A DNA stretch of 64,000 nt from Gonapodya sp. JEL0774 (GCA_027604505.1 JADIIX010000059.1:1-64000); one strand, 5' to 3'. Positions 12,578-25,521 are shown, counted from the first letter of the stretch. The notes: a model not told the origin generated them from the sequence alone. Made by a program: numbers and translations.

Positions 12578-14948
12578 TCATCGCCATCCTCCACCACCCC
12601 TACTGCCAAACAGGCCTTCTCTCTCCTCGCCCCGGCCTCCGATACTCCTCCTCCCTCCCACATCACTCGGTCGTCCGTCGACATCCACACTCATCATACT
12701 TCCAAAACTCGGCCTTCCCACAGCGAACGGCTCGTCGTCTCTCAACGCGATCTCGTCCTCAACGTCTGGTTGAGCAGCACGACGACTCGGACCAGGGTCA
12801 AGCGACTGGATTGTCTGCGCCCACCGTCGTTGCGAAGCGGTGCGAGCCGAAGTGTAGCGGTGAGACCGGCGGCGGCGGTAAATAATGATGCCGATAACGA
12901 TCGCGAGGATGGCAGCGGCGCCGCCCGCAATACCAATCACCGCTGCCAAGCTAAGCCCCCCAATAACACCATTCGAAGCAGTTGCGGACGACTGCCCCGC
13001 GGTAGAATCGAAGGCACCGACACTGCTGGTGGTTCGGCTGGCGACAGGAGCCGCTGTAACCACACCAAGGTCAGCAACAGCGTTTGTAGGTTTGGCTGCA
13101 GTGGTCATAGGAATGTAAGAATTGGTTATTTCTGCAGGCTGAGAGGAAAGAATTGCGTTCGAAGGAGAGAAATATTAACTTTATTCGATGCATCCAAATT
13201 CACCAACTACCTTCAAACAACACCAAACTCACCGCAGTCGGTGCAAACCACCAAGTTCCATTGATGGCAACGGTTTGAGCGCCGGGTAGCAAGGACGAGG
13301 TCCTCTTAAGCGTGGCCGGTGTAGAAGTTGGTTGAGTCCAGTTACCAGGAGAGTCGTAACATGTAATCTGGAAATGATTAATGTGCACTTCGTAATTGGG
13401 ATTTGGGTTCAGGCTCCAGTCTGTGGTACCACTGCAAGGGGAGGCGATTGAATATTCATGAGTGGACATATCAAATCGGTAAGACAAATGAGCGCAATCA
13501 TTAGATTTTGTCGCTGGTTTCAAGCCATCCATAATCCAATATCATTTCCAATAGTCTGTGATCCGAGTCCCATCCGTTTGCATGCCCAGTGCTCCCCATG
13601 TTCAAAATGAACGCCGAGTCCCAATGAAACAAGACCCCGCTCGGCCGATGTGGGGCGAATCCACATATCCATCACTCCCCTCTCCCGTCCTCCATTATGC
13701 GCGCCCGAAGGAACCACAAACACTCACCCTGCCCAGTCTCTTGTCCCTTGTGCCTGCTGCCCTGCATCCCAAATATTGAACAACACTGCGCCAATCCTGT
13801 CCGGAAAGTCCGCATCCCCTGTCTCCGTACGCAGCACCTCCCTCACTTGTACATTGTCCACAAACCACCGAACATGATCATGCGTCCTCTCCATCGCAAA
13901 AGTGTGGAATTGGTCGTGGTAGTCTGCGCCCCCAGTAGCAGTGAACATGGCTCCATTCCCATAGTGCTGAGAGGCCGCCGGAGCAGACGTCGGGTAGTTT
14001 AATTTTCCGAGGGCGAACCAATTGGTTTGATATACATTTGTAGACTGGCCCGTCCATTCCTGGTCGAGCTCGTCTCCCGGTGCGGCCTCTGGACTAAAGG
14101 AGTCCACAATGAAGGCCGATACGATACCGGGACCTTTGGCAACCTTCATAGTGGCTTCGACGCGACCATAGTGGAACCAGCGAGAATGAGACACGATGAC
14201 GTTCAGGCCTGAGAACGGTAAGAGGGATGAGTGTTTGTGGACACTCGACGTGCAGGAGAAATACAACCCCACCACTGCCAACAAAGGCTCACCTTCCTGC
14301 TTCCCAGTGAGTGGTGAGATACCATTCCCTAATAACTTGAGAACAAGCTCTCCTCCTGTGATATTTGCATTTGGGAAGTCCTCCATGATCCAGACTTGCT
14401 GGTCTGGCAGGTTGAACCAGTCCTGCCAAGCGACTGGACGTTGATATAGATAGAGCACACACAAATATGTAGAAGAGATGATTGTGATTCAGATCAGGAA
14501 AGGTACCGGAAACGGCGAAGGAGAAGTGAGCGTGTTGCGATGGGACGCCAACCTCGCGCCATCTTTTCCCGATCAGACGTATGCGCAACGAGTCCGCTTG
14601 AGATGGCAACTTTATCACCATGCTCCTGGCAACAAAATTATGTCCGAATAGCAACGTCTGGCCAAAACGGTTGCAATTCCTGGGTACCGAGGAACATTAC
14701 TCACTCAGTTTGGACGGATCGTTAAAAGTCTCTGTATAGTTTTTGCAAGGGGCTTTCACGTCCTGACCGTAGATTGTCTGGTGGTTGAGAGGTTTTCGAT
14801 TGACTTGCTGTTGCTGCTGCCCGTTGCCAACCGAAACGAGCAATATCAAAGCGATTAGGATGGGAAGGAGGACGGAGCCCCGATTTGAGTAAAGCCAGGG
14901 TCGATGCCGTGAACATTCGAATAATCGAAGACGCATGTGGGATGACAT
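12578..14948 (-). CDS. Crh-like GH16 chitin/glucan transglycosylase with signal peptide, Ser/Thr/Ala stalk, single TM and cytoplasmic tail
   Basis: Hydrophobic N-terminal segment VLLPILIALILLVSVG. Motifs: WFHYGRVEATMKVA.GPGIVSAF, catalytic DELDQE, FHTFAME, NIWDAG...GTRDWAG|GTTDWS. TM segment VIGIAGGAAAILAIVIGIIIY followed by RRRR. Confidence 0.85.
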
Positions 14949-15594
14949 GGTTGGTAGGTTTGGAACGGAAGCCTTAGTGGGAAGGTGAAGCAACTCGTGC
15001 AAGAGTACAATCCCAGGTGCGACACAGCTCGAATGACTTTAGACAGAGAGAAGAAAAGAAAATTATTGCATTTCAATCGCGCAATTGACTTCGAGCACAT
15101 AAACCGACCCCGTTCCACACAGACTTCTTGGAATCTTCTCGCGGCTATGTCCCGACACTCACGACGTGGGTCGAGAATACTATACTGCTCTGACTGAGGA
15201 GAGTTGCGAAAATGCGTTCCGTGACTTGCGACTTGGTGGGAAGGGGAATTTTGATCCAGGTAGAAGCCAATGCTTAGGATGGCAGTGCTGCGATGAGGGA
15301 TGCCGGAGACCACACAACACAGCCGAGGCAGGTGGGGGTGGTCTCACCGCCTTCACAAACCAACCAAGATAGCAAGTTGAGTTTGTATTAAAATTTTAGA
15401 TGAAACCGCAATGCTGAGAGCCGATTTTGTGGGGTAAAGGCCGACATCTTATGTAATACTCTCCTCTTCGCATAACCGAATGCGGGCGCTGAACATACCA
15501 TTGTTCAAGCAACATAGATTGATGTTGATCGTGCTGTGACGTGTGTTTTTTTGGAATATATGTTCATACATATTGCATCTTGGAATCACTCAAC

Positions 15595-17851
15595 ATGGCA
15601 CGGACATCATGTCCGAGCTGCCTGAACCCCACGATTCTTGTGCTTGTCTTATTGTCTCCACTCGTTAGAGCACAGAATCAGCTTGCGGAGTGTCGTGTTT
15701 TTGGTGAGCGCTTGGACTTGCATGTTTTACCGAGTCATTTCTGTAGTATGAGTGAACCCAATCGTTTTGTAGAAACACTCTACACACAATCGGGGAAAAT
15801 TTATCCATGGACCACTGGAAACTGTTGTGCATATTCAACAGTGTTCTTGTGTTTGAATGAAAGGATCGTTGAAGCGCACCTCAATGGCCTGAACTTCACT
15901 GGTTCAATTCCAATTCAATTATCGCAATTGACAGGACTTGTGAAACTAGAACTAGCGTTCGGGGGTCTCACAGGGAGCCTTCCGGATCTTTCGTCGTTGT
16001 CGAATCTTGTACTCCTAGCCGTTGAGAGCAACGCGCTCAGTGGCCCAATACCCCCCTTGGACAATCTGGTGAAGTGAGATATTGACATCTGTTTATCTCA
16101 CTCCAAGCTACTCCAATTTCGAATGCTCTGTTCAAGGGTCAGAGAATTATACCTTTGGGGCAACAGATTCACCGGCAGCTTTCCCTCAGCGATTCCCAAA
16201 CTGTATTCCCTAGAAATTCTCGAACTTGTCGGCAACCAGCTGACTGGGCCTATTCCGGACTTGTCGAGCTTGAAAAATCTTACAAGACTGACATTGGAAG
16301 TACGTCGTTAGTTCCTTCCGTCATCCAAGGCGCGTTCACTCGAATCTGCTTTTTACCATTAGAATAACAATTTTACTGGCAACATTGATGTGCGTTCCGT
16401 GCATTCAGTGTTGCGTTCAGGCCAGACGTTTTAGACTCCAAGAATCGTTAACACGTCCTCATAGGGCAAACTTCCCGTTTCCCTAACAACCTGTATCATT
16501 ACTGCCAATTACACGGACCTCACCTACTTTCCACCAGGATTTCAAAATGAATTCGTTTATTCGTGCAACCAAAACTACCCGTCAATTTGCTCCAGCGTAC
16601 TCGTTGGAACAATTTCCCTACGCTCTCCGTGTCCTGACACCACAGACAGCTCTACAACACCTTCTATTGTTGGCGGCGTGGCTGGTGCCGTGGTGGGACT
16701 CGCAGTGATTATCGGTGCGGCCTTCGTTTACAACCGCTTGAAGTCCAAAAAGAAAGGAGGCGGTGTCCAAAGCAGAGGAAACCCACAACCGCTGGCAACC
16801 CCTGGCTCTGGGCCAAGCCAGTCTTACCAGTACGCTGCTGTACCTCAATTCCCACCTGAACGGACCGATCGCACGGGGCAGGCAGCACCCTCCAGCCCAG
16901 CAGGGAGCAATCCTGCTGTATCTCGATTTCCGCCTGAGTGGACCGATCCTTCTCGGCAGGCAGCACCTTACTCCAATCCAGCGGGGAGCAATCCCGCTTT
17001 TTTCAATTTGTCACCACCTCATCCACCGGCGGTAAGGCAATCATTGCAACAGCAAGGACCCGGGACTCTTGGCTCAGGATATGACAATGACACAGGTTTG
17101 TACAGCCATTGTGTGCAAATGCGGAGTGCGGCAAACTTGATACTGAAGTAATCACCACTACATGCTCTCAGTCCCAACACAACAGGATACTGGTCGCTCC
17201 AGGGTGGCAGCGGGACCGGGAACTTCTGCTTTGTTAACGCACACGAATATCACCCCCATTGTGCACTCAACATCACCAGAGAATGCTCACTGGTTTTTTG
17301 TGCGAGTTGCAGGGTTTCAAAGGGTGCCTCTGACACAAGAAAGTGTCCACTACGCGGATGTAACACCTTTTCTGGTTGTTCAGCCTGTAAGATGACCGTG
17401 CATTTCCCGCGATGTAGGGTCTGTAATCGTATCTATACTTTGCATAGTACGATCCAGAGAATCCAGACGAAATTGCTCTCGAGACGGGGCACCTGTGTGC
17501 CTTACAAACAATATACCGAGACGGTTGGTAAGTGAATTACTATTTCATTCGCTAGCACCAGAATAACTCCGCGCGGTCTGCCATACTCATGTCCACAGGG
17601 CTATAGGAAGCAACCTGGATACAGCTCAATTCGGGGTCCTTCCCCTTGACTGCCTCCGACTGAGTTCTGACTCGATTCCTTTCCGCATGAGAAACAACTT
17701 GCCCAGGCGACTTGTATCTGGAGCGTTGAGTGTGTCCTCATTCGTCATGAGCCAGAGGAGTGTGAAGCTGTCTGGAGTAAGTGGAAATCTGTCGGGCTCA
17801 CCCTTTGGCTCGTCGGATGCATCAACATTCACAGTGGGGATGACGCGTTGA
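15595..17851 (+). CDS. Receptor-like type I membrane protein: signal peptide, ~5 plant-type LRRs, TM, Pro-rich linker, SH3
   Basis: LRRs LNGLNFTGSIP, LELAFGGLTGSLP, LAVESNALSGPIP, LYLWGNRFTGSFP, LELVGNQLTGPIP. TM IVGGVAGAVVGLAVIIGAAFVY followed by NRLKSKKK. SH3 after splicing: FLVVQP|YDPENPDEIALETGHLCALQTIYRDGW|AIGSNLDTAQFGVLPLDCL. The frame stays open through all GT-AG junctions. Confidence 0.85.
16849..16998 (+). repeat. Imperfect tandem duplication (2 copies, ~78 bp period) in the cytoplasmic linker of the LRR-TM-SH3 gene
   Basis: FPPERTDRTGQAAP-SSPAGSNPA versus FPPEWTDPSRQAAPYSNPAGSNPA; the similarity is also visible at DNA level. Confidence 0.85.
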
Positions 17852-18102
17852 GAGTGGGTGCCGTCGCAACTGGTAAATGAGGGCATTCGCTGGATACCCG
17901 TTTCAGTTCATCGAACGATTCTGGCGGCATCGCGACAGCTTAAAATTATGCAATGCACACCGTTGACTTTAGCGAAATGAAATGGCCGCTTATCGTATTG
18001 CATTCATTACAATCGAATTAGAACCTTAAATTGTAACTCGCTTCAACTCGGACTTTATACTATCAACATCAATGTTGAAGGAAATCCTTCCATGGTGATA
18101 AC

Positions 18103-19555
18103 TCAATCTCCGTCGTGTTCATCCCTTGCTTCACCTGGACACTCATCCCGCATCTCCTGATCCGTATCATAGCGCGCACCACAATAAAGGCAGTACCTGT
18201 ACGTGTTACGCAAGTAGTGGAGGAGAGTAGGGAGCTGCAGGTTGAGCTTCGGGCACCAAAGCGGGGTAAAGTGGGGTGGCACGCCGCATAATGGAAACGT
18301 GAAGCCAAACCAACCGGCAAATCGTTAAATGGAACTTCATTCGGCGCAGTCCCATCCGTCGATTCCGTGCTCTCATTTGACTCTTCCACTTCCACCACTT
18401 CCTTCGAATATCCCTCGTGCTGTAACGTGCAGTCAATCGGGTCAGCGCCTTCGACGGGTGGCCAGAGGGGGTTGGGTGGTACACCCTGGAAGAAACAACA
18501 ATGTGGAGGACGAAATCAAAGATCACAAGGAGACCGAGAGAACAAAACAAATTTTGTGGCGGCATCAGTCATGAATACGCCGACGAATTCGAGGTGAGGA
18601 ATCTCTCCAATCACCTCTCCTGTACAGATCATTGTGTCGAGGTGCCATGCCTGCCGTTCAAGGACTTCATCACTGCTCCAGTGCTGCATATCTCACCTCC
18701 CGTTCGTCTATTTCCCTCACAGTCCTTCTCGCCCGAGCGACGTCCTCCCTATCTTGCCGCTCCATTTCCCTAGCTCGTACTGCACCAATGAACTGTGTTT
18801 TGCGCTGAGCATGGTCCATTTCTATTCGATGGGCGCGCTCGGTTGCCGCGAGCCGTGCCGCCTGCACGGGAGTGAGAGCAGGTGCGAGGCCCAGACCTGT
18901 GCGGCCTGGGTAGCGGGCAGCGAAATAAGCAAGATTGTAGAACATAGTTTGTGAGCGAGAGCGGAGCCATCTCACCTTGGCGCATGATGATGGGTATGGG
19001 TTCAACAAGTCGACTGTCGGATCTGGTCAGGGGAAGAATTTGTGAAACCGTGGCGGCAGAGGAGACATCAGGCTGGCCTTCTGTTACTGGACTACGCTGA
19101 GGGGATGGAGGGGCAGGAGGGGACGGGGTGCGTGTTGCACCAAGGCCTAAACTTCGCGGGGACATTCCAATGGGAAGTTTGTCGCGTTCCACGCCATCAT
19201 CACATTCATTATCTTTTGTGATAGGAGTGCGTTGAGGTTCGCTACGAGATGGGCCTAATGCACTCCCTTGATTCCATCCCATCTTCGTCAACATTTTGAA
19301 TCCCACGTTTTCCTCTCCGATCCGATCGTTAAGCCCTTTGGCACGACTATCTTCCTCCCTCGCTGCCAGTGAGGTGACTTTACCACGTTCCAGTCCCCGT
19401 TGGACATCCATGCGGCGTTTCTTTGAGTATGGTGTTGGGTCTCCATTTGTGAAACTCGAGCCCAGGAGGAGGATCGAGTCAGACATGTAATCATCATCTT
19501 CTACAGCAGCGGCAGGAAGTGATTCGGAATTGGGAAGAGGTCGCTTCGGAGGCAT
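18103..19555 (-). CDS. GPATCH11: G-patch domain protein 11-like (G-patch plus C-terminal DUF4187-like Cys/His domain)
   Basis: N-terminal EDDDYMSD; G-patch EENVGFKMLTKMGWNQGSALG; LVEPIPI; C-terminal YLRNTYRYCLYCGARYDTDQEMRDECPGEARDEHDGD*. Confidence 0.88.
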
Positions 19556-20015
19556 AATTGGTGGTGTAACGTTCCTTGCGGTGTGTGTGTGCAACAGATA
19601 ACCTCCTTGCAATCATTCAGGAATATGGCTGGTCACAGACAACGGATGACTATGAGAAAACGAGTTGTCGGGTGGGAAATTTAAGCCCTTGAGTTGATTC
19701 ACCTGTCCTTCCAAATACGAATAATTACAATGAACGAAAGTGGAAGAAAGCGGTATCTTAAGCAACTGGAGTTGCCGCGACGACCACCAGCGCGGGTTTC
19801 AGGCGCGAGCGGCTGGCCAGCGTTTTTGCAATAATAGAGCGGATCGGGAGGCATCACTGACCGCTTGGTGATCCCTCTCACCAACAGTCCCATTTGTACC
19901 TTCAAGGATTTCGCACTCTGATTTTCTCAAAGTTGGTCTGTTCGTGAGCTTCCAGTGACACGATCGCACTCACTGACCAACCATACGGTCTGGAAGTCCA
20001 TTTGTCCATACCAAT

Positions 20016-22286
20016 ATGGACACCCACAACGCTGACAGTGGTCAGAGGCGAAATAGAGAACAGAGAGAACAGCGGCGGGAACGGGATTCGCGAGATCATC
20101 GGGATCGGCATCGGCATCGGCATCGAGAAACCAGAAAAGGCTCTGGTAACCACATGCCTAAAGAATCGGTTGGGATGCACTTTCCTCCCTACAGTAGCCA
20201 GGAGATGGCGACTAATTTTGGACATATTGGAGCATCAGTGCAGCCTGGTGTCGCGAGTGGCATGCGGGGGTTCTTTGCTGCACTTGTGGGCGATCGACTT
20301 GACGGTATTGTGGTGCTCGACACATTTGACCGCCTGCGAAGACACATCATATCCCGTTTGTACGAGTTGTACGCACTTAGCCCATCTGCACTTGCTCGCC
20401 CAGACTTGCGCTTGGCGCCGGCATTGAGACCCATGCTGCTTGACTCACGGCCTGAATGTGCGTCCGAGCTGCACCAAATTGTAGCGATCCTGTGGGGAAT
20501 TGGGTCTGGTTCAGGTGCAGCACCACTGCTCGCGGCTCCTATCGGTGGTTCTGCTTTCACAGCGTCCGCCGCTAAGCCAGATACGGATTCGATCCGGCCA
20601 CTCCAGGCCAACCTGACGCCAGCACCCGGCGACGCCTTCCATCTTGCCGTTCTCGCTGCTCTCACCGATCTCGCCCACCTTCGAGCGTCGTTCCTTTCCG
20701 CTGCATCCTCGGTCGCCCTCCACCTCCGCAAAACTGCCCTCTCGGACCCTAAAGTCGCCAAACGTTTAGCAACGACCTTGACAGTTCTGGAGCAGGATTC
20801 GGATCTCGACATCCGTGTCGACGCAGGACGCATCGCAGGGCGCATTGGGATCGCTAAGGACGGTACTCTTGGACCCAGTGAGCTTGATCTCGAATTGGAA
20901 ACTGATCACCTGTCCTCTCGACATCGTCAAAGCGCAGTCCAGTGGAGTCCCTTCGATAGCGTGTCGAATACCGGTGTAGAGGATGATGGGAATCGAGTCG
21001 TCACCAAATCCAAGCAATACTTGCATTCTCTGAGCCAGGCTCCAGTCCGGCGCCGACAGTCCGCACCCCTTCCTTTCACGAGCACTCCTGCTTTGTCAAT
21101 AGCATCTCCTCCTCTCGTGCGCCCTTATCCCCTCCTACCACCAACGGATACCGCCGAATCAAATCTCACCTTCTTCCCCGCGTCTCACCCCAACAGCACT
21201 CAGTACTCGCCACCGGAAACGCTCCCTCGTTTTCGTCATTCACCGCATCCCTCTCCTTCAAATCCTTCGACCTCGACAAGCTCGACTCTCACACATGCTT
21301 ATCCAGAATCGGACTCACCCATGCCGGACTACGTGCCCCCATCTGACTTCGATGACTCCTGTTCCTCATCTGACTCCGAAACTTCCTACTCAACGGACAC
21401 TTCCTCTTCCCTACCAAAATCCCTCGCTGTTGAAGCCATGCCATTCGGGAACGCAAGTCCAGTCACTGTGCCGGGACCCACGTGGCGTCCCACAAGCAGA
21501 TCTTCGTGGCCTGCTCCGGCGAGCGCTCAGGAAAGCGTACAAAGAGCCGCGATGGCGTTCATGAGAGCGGCATGGGGGCAGGGAGCCGCTGGGGGCGTGG
21601 GACTAGCAAATGGGAGATTGTATCCCGTGGGCGAAATGGAACAGGAGGACCACGGGAGCGAGAGCGACTGTGACAACACCATTGACGCCGCAAGAGAGGG
21701 TGAGGGAGGAGGTGATGTAAATCGAGGGTGAGTTTTGTATTTTCATCGCAATACTCCAATTCCTACCATGTTAATCTCACCAATTCCCACTATTTCGCTT
21801 TCCGTGATCACTTCCAACAGATTCCTCGATGATATCGCCATTGCCAGCTCCTTGTTACATCCTCCACCCAGTCACATGGAGCATTCTTCCACTTACTCCC
21901 ATAGAAGTGTAATGCCCGACCCGTGGTCCTCAGCTGGGAACCTGCTCCAAAATGCCGCCGATGTAACAGGAGATGAGGCGAGTGTGAACTCGCGGAACAT
22001 CTCTTTTGATGTCGCCACAGCAGCAAAGGCTGCGTCTATTGCTGTAGTGGCCGGTGCTGGCATGGGAGTGAAGCGGTGGTGCCGCGCTTGTGGTGCCGTG
22101 AACAGCCCGGAGTGGCGGACTGGGGCTGGTGGAGAGACACTTTGCAACGCCTGTGGTTTGAGGTTCAGAAGGAGAGCAGCGGCAGCAGGAGCCGGTGGGG
22201 TAAGTGGTGGGGCTGGAGGAGCAACAACTGTGAGGGGCAGAGGGCGAGGGAGGGGGAGAAGTGTTGCGAGAAGCGGGACGGCGTAG
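20016..22286 (+). CDS. GATA zinc-finger protein (C-x2-C-x17-C-x2-C near C-terminus), probable intron from ~21729
   Basis: CRACGAVNSPEWRTGAGGETLCNACGLRFRRR. It is joined to the upstream 571-aa ORF through a GTGAGT donor near 21729; that join is inferred. Confidence 0.75.
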
Positions 22287-22603
22287 AGAGGTGCGTTTTG
22301 TGCAGGAGCAATTGCGGCGCAAACCCGCTCTGAGTTTCCCTTTTCTCTGAAAAATTGTGTTTGCAAGACTGGGTGAATGTTGGGTGCGGAGGGACAGACA
22401 TAGGACCTGTGGTGGAAGGTGTCTGCAATATGGTTGGAGAGGAATTATTTCAATTATTTTGGACCCCTTGCTCTACGTTTTTTGAATTGCAATGATGAGC
22501 ACGTTTGCGTGTACTTTAGTTTACTTTACATACAATTTCACAATTATAAATAGCGAACTATTTTGATATACCGGCTATCGTACCATTCAGTCAATGATTC
22601 CAT

Positions 22604-25521
22604 CTACCAAGACACAATGAACGAGTCCGATCGCCGAATACCGCGCTCACTAAATGCACCGTCTGAAAGTTCGGCATTCGTCTCGCGGGGTGGCGCCGAC
22701 ATCTCTCCCCCGAGCTTTCCATCCGGTTGAATGTACGAGCTCGAGCGCACAGGAGCCCGGTCTTTGGTTGAATTATTGGACGGAGTCCTCTGCAACTGAC
22801 GTACTGGCTCCGATCGGGCTTGTTCGCTTGACAATACAAACGTGAATGAGCTCGATTGCTGAGGTCCACTGTCCGTCGGTGCATCAAATGAAGCGCTCTG
22901 CAAGAGAGGCGGCGATACGGCACTCTTTCCTGGCATGTCCTTTGGTATGTTGAACGAGAAAGGAACCGACGGGAGTGATCCCATACCTTTGGGGAAGCCA
23001 TTCAAGATCGCTTTCTGCGGCGGGCGTGTCCCTCCTGATTTTCCTCCATGTACTCCATCAGGAATAACAAATGAAAAGCCGGGGAATTCAAATCTTCTGT
23101 CATTCGGTGCAGTATTCAGGCTACCCCGCATTTCTCGCGCTTTTGGTTCAACGGTGTCAGGCCGATTGCCGTTCCACGATTTTAATGAGGCTGCACTCTC
23201 ATTGACCAAGCCAGCATGTGCATTGGCCCATTTGCTCCTCTGTTCCTCCTCAGGCTGACCTGCCCGATTCCACACCTTGCCGTTCGTCCCCTGCAACTCG
23301 CCCCCATCAACAATCTCGCGAGACGGCACATTAGTGTTCAATGTTTCAGAGACTTCGGTTGAGATTTGTCCCAGCGCCTCTTGCTTTCTATTCAGCAAAG
23401 TTTGAGTGTGACCCTGCGTTTCAGTGGATTTGGTGCCGATCTGCGAGTGAGCCCTCTCCTTTTGCTGAAAACCCTCTCCATTTGCACGATCCCAATCCCA
23501 AATTTGCTTATGCCCTTCAAATTGAGCCTCATCATTACGTGCAAGATCGTCATCGGACGTGTCATCGTCGGGGGCGTTGACTTCACGAGACCTGGTCCGT
23601 CCACCTTGTAGGTGAAACTTGCTCACATTCCCGTTCTCTAGCACACCGCTCGTAGGCATCGAGCGCGCCGTCACCAAACCCGAAGGTGCTGGTAAAGTTG
23701 AGGAAGAGGTCGATCCAGTTACGGAAGACATCATTGAGGGCACGTGGAGTTGTGGGACTTTTAAAGACGAAGCGGACCGCGCCGAAAACACAAGTTGGGT
23801 TGGAAGAACACGAGAATTAGCATCCGGAGGAGAAGACCCGAGACATATCATTGGAAAATAGCCGCTTTGTGTTGTCATACGATTAGTTCCCTGAAATGGT
23901 TCATGATAATCGAGCGGTTTTGTTACTGCCCCCTAAGACTTTGCATAGCTTCACATTTTCACTTACCGCACCCCAACCATCCGAAAATTGGAATAAACAC
24001 CAAACTTGATCGCCCAGGGACAAATGAATCTCATCCGTGTCCTGTGGCGAATACGAGTGAATCGCGTAAAACAACCTCCCCACTGGCTGGGGAAGGTTAC
24101 CTCGCGCTGCCACGCGATCCGCAAGAGATGACGCTATAGAGTGATGCTTGGCCGACACAGCACCTGGTGCGGGTCCGGTAAGCGACGCTCCGCGGGTGTG
24201 GGAGTACATTGGATTCGGCAGGGGAGGCTTTCCACCGCGAAGGCGCTCAAGTTCCGCGATTTTAACATCCTTCTCTCGTACTTGCGCTTGTAAGTCGTCC
24301 AATTGACGTGCCAGACGGTCAGCTTCCGCAGCGCGCTCTTGGAGCCCCTCCATGGTACGCTGAGTGTGTTCCAGACGGAGCTGGAGGTCGGCGTTAACCT
24401 TGGTGAGCTGCTTCAGGAAGGTGAGGTGAAATTCCAGAAGGTGCAAGAACTCGGGTTTAGGGGGAAATACGCGGCCCCATTTGTCGCTGGAGATTTGGGC
24501 ATTGTGGGCAGGGGTGTCAACAGCAGAGAAGTCAGTTGACTCGAATCCAATCGCATCTTCACAAATGGCGTCCGAAATAAACACTCTCACTAGGGACTAG
24601 TTGACAGGCTTAACCATGAAGGTGTCATTGCCCTCTCCACCACCACCACATCTACCCTCGGCTGGTGACGAACCTGCCTTCCCTCGTCATCCATCTCGCC
24701 TTTTCCATGGCGGTATCGGTGACCCTGGCACCTTGTCTCAATAATAGCCGGACAACATCCAACGACGGAATAAGGGTGTACTTGTCTCCAACGTGCTCAG
24801 GTTCGGAGGGGTTCACTAGTACAATGTGGGAACCCTTCTTGTTGAAAGGCCAATCAGAGCCATTGGCGAGCGCAAAATCTAAAGCAGAAGGATATGACAT
24901 AAAGTCCTGGCGGGATGGGTCGAGAGGAAAGGGATTTGACGGCAAGCAAACGTAACACCACAGAGGTGAATAGAATTACATACGAGGTGGATTCGATCGG
25001 ATACCACACTCAAACTTTCGAACCTACTCACTCCGCCAAAGAACCACCTCTCGCCTTCCCATCGCCACTTTGTCCAGGCAAAGTAATGCCGGGCTACACC
25101 CCAAGATATAGGTTTGTCAGGATCAGCACCTATAAACACTTTAAATGAGTGGGAGAAAATGGCTGTTGTTCAACATTAGATGACATCACCTGCTTCAAGT
25201 AGCAGCTGCAGCACCTGGACATCCCCGACAAGAATTGCTAGAGCCAAAACAGGTTCCATCAATTGTGTATCTGTTACGGTTTCACCTGTTTGGTCATGGG
25301 TGTCCCAATCGTGTGTGTCCGGGTAGAGAACAATCATACTGATCAAAGGAAGAACCACCAACAGGGAGCAGCACAACAAACTCACCCGAGTCAATGTCCA
25401 CACGTAGCTCTACTGTCTTTCTGGCATTGTTTGGATCGGCTCCAGCGCGAAGTGCCCGCTGGACGAGTTTCAAATCGCCAGCTTCCACACCCTGGATCAG
25501 GTCGGAGGAGGCAGCGTCCAT
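22604..25521 (-). CDS. Ankyrin-like / coiled-coil / SH3 protein with long disordered C-terminus
   Basis: Ankyrin-like segments GDLKLVQRALRAGADPN, LALAILVGDVQVLQLLLEAG|ADP and LDVVRLLLRQGA. Heptad-rich stretch LQLRLEHTQRTMEGLQERA...LERL. SH3 FYAIHSYSPQDTDEIHLSLGDQVWCLFQFSDGWGA|GTNRMTTQSGYFPMICL is joined across an intron. Confidence 0.75.

Noticed and set aside
20189..20845. Long antisense ORFs (here, 7327-7917, 45880-46596 and others)
   Set aside because: Shadow ORFs of GC-rich coding exons on the opposite strand.
22195..22260. G-run cluster with G-quadruplex potential
   Set aside because: Explained by Gly/Arg codons in the GATA protein tail.
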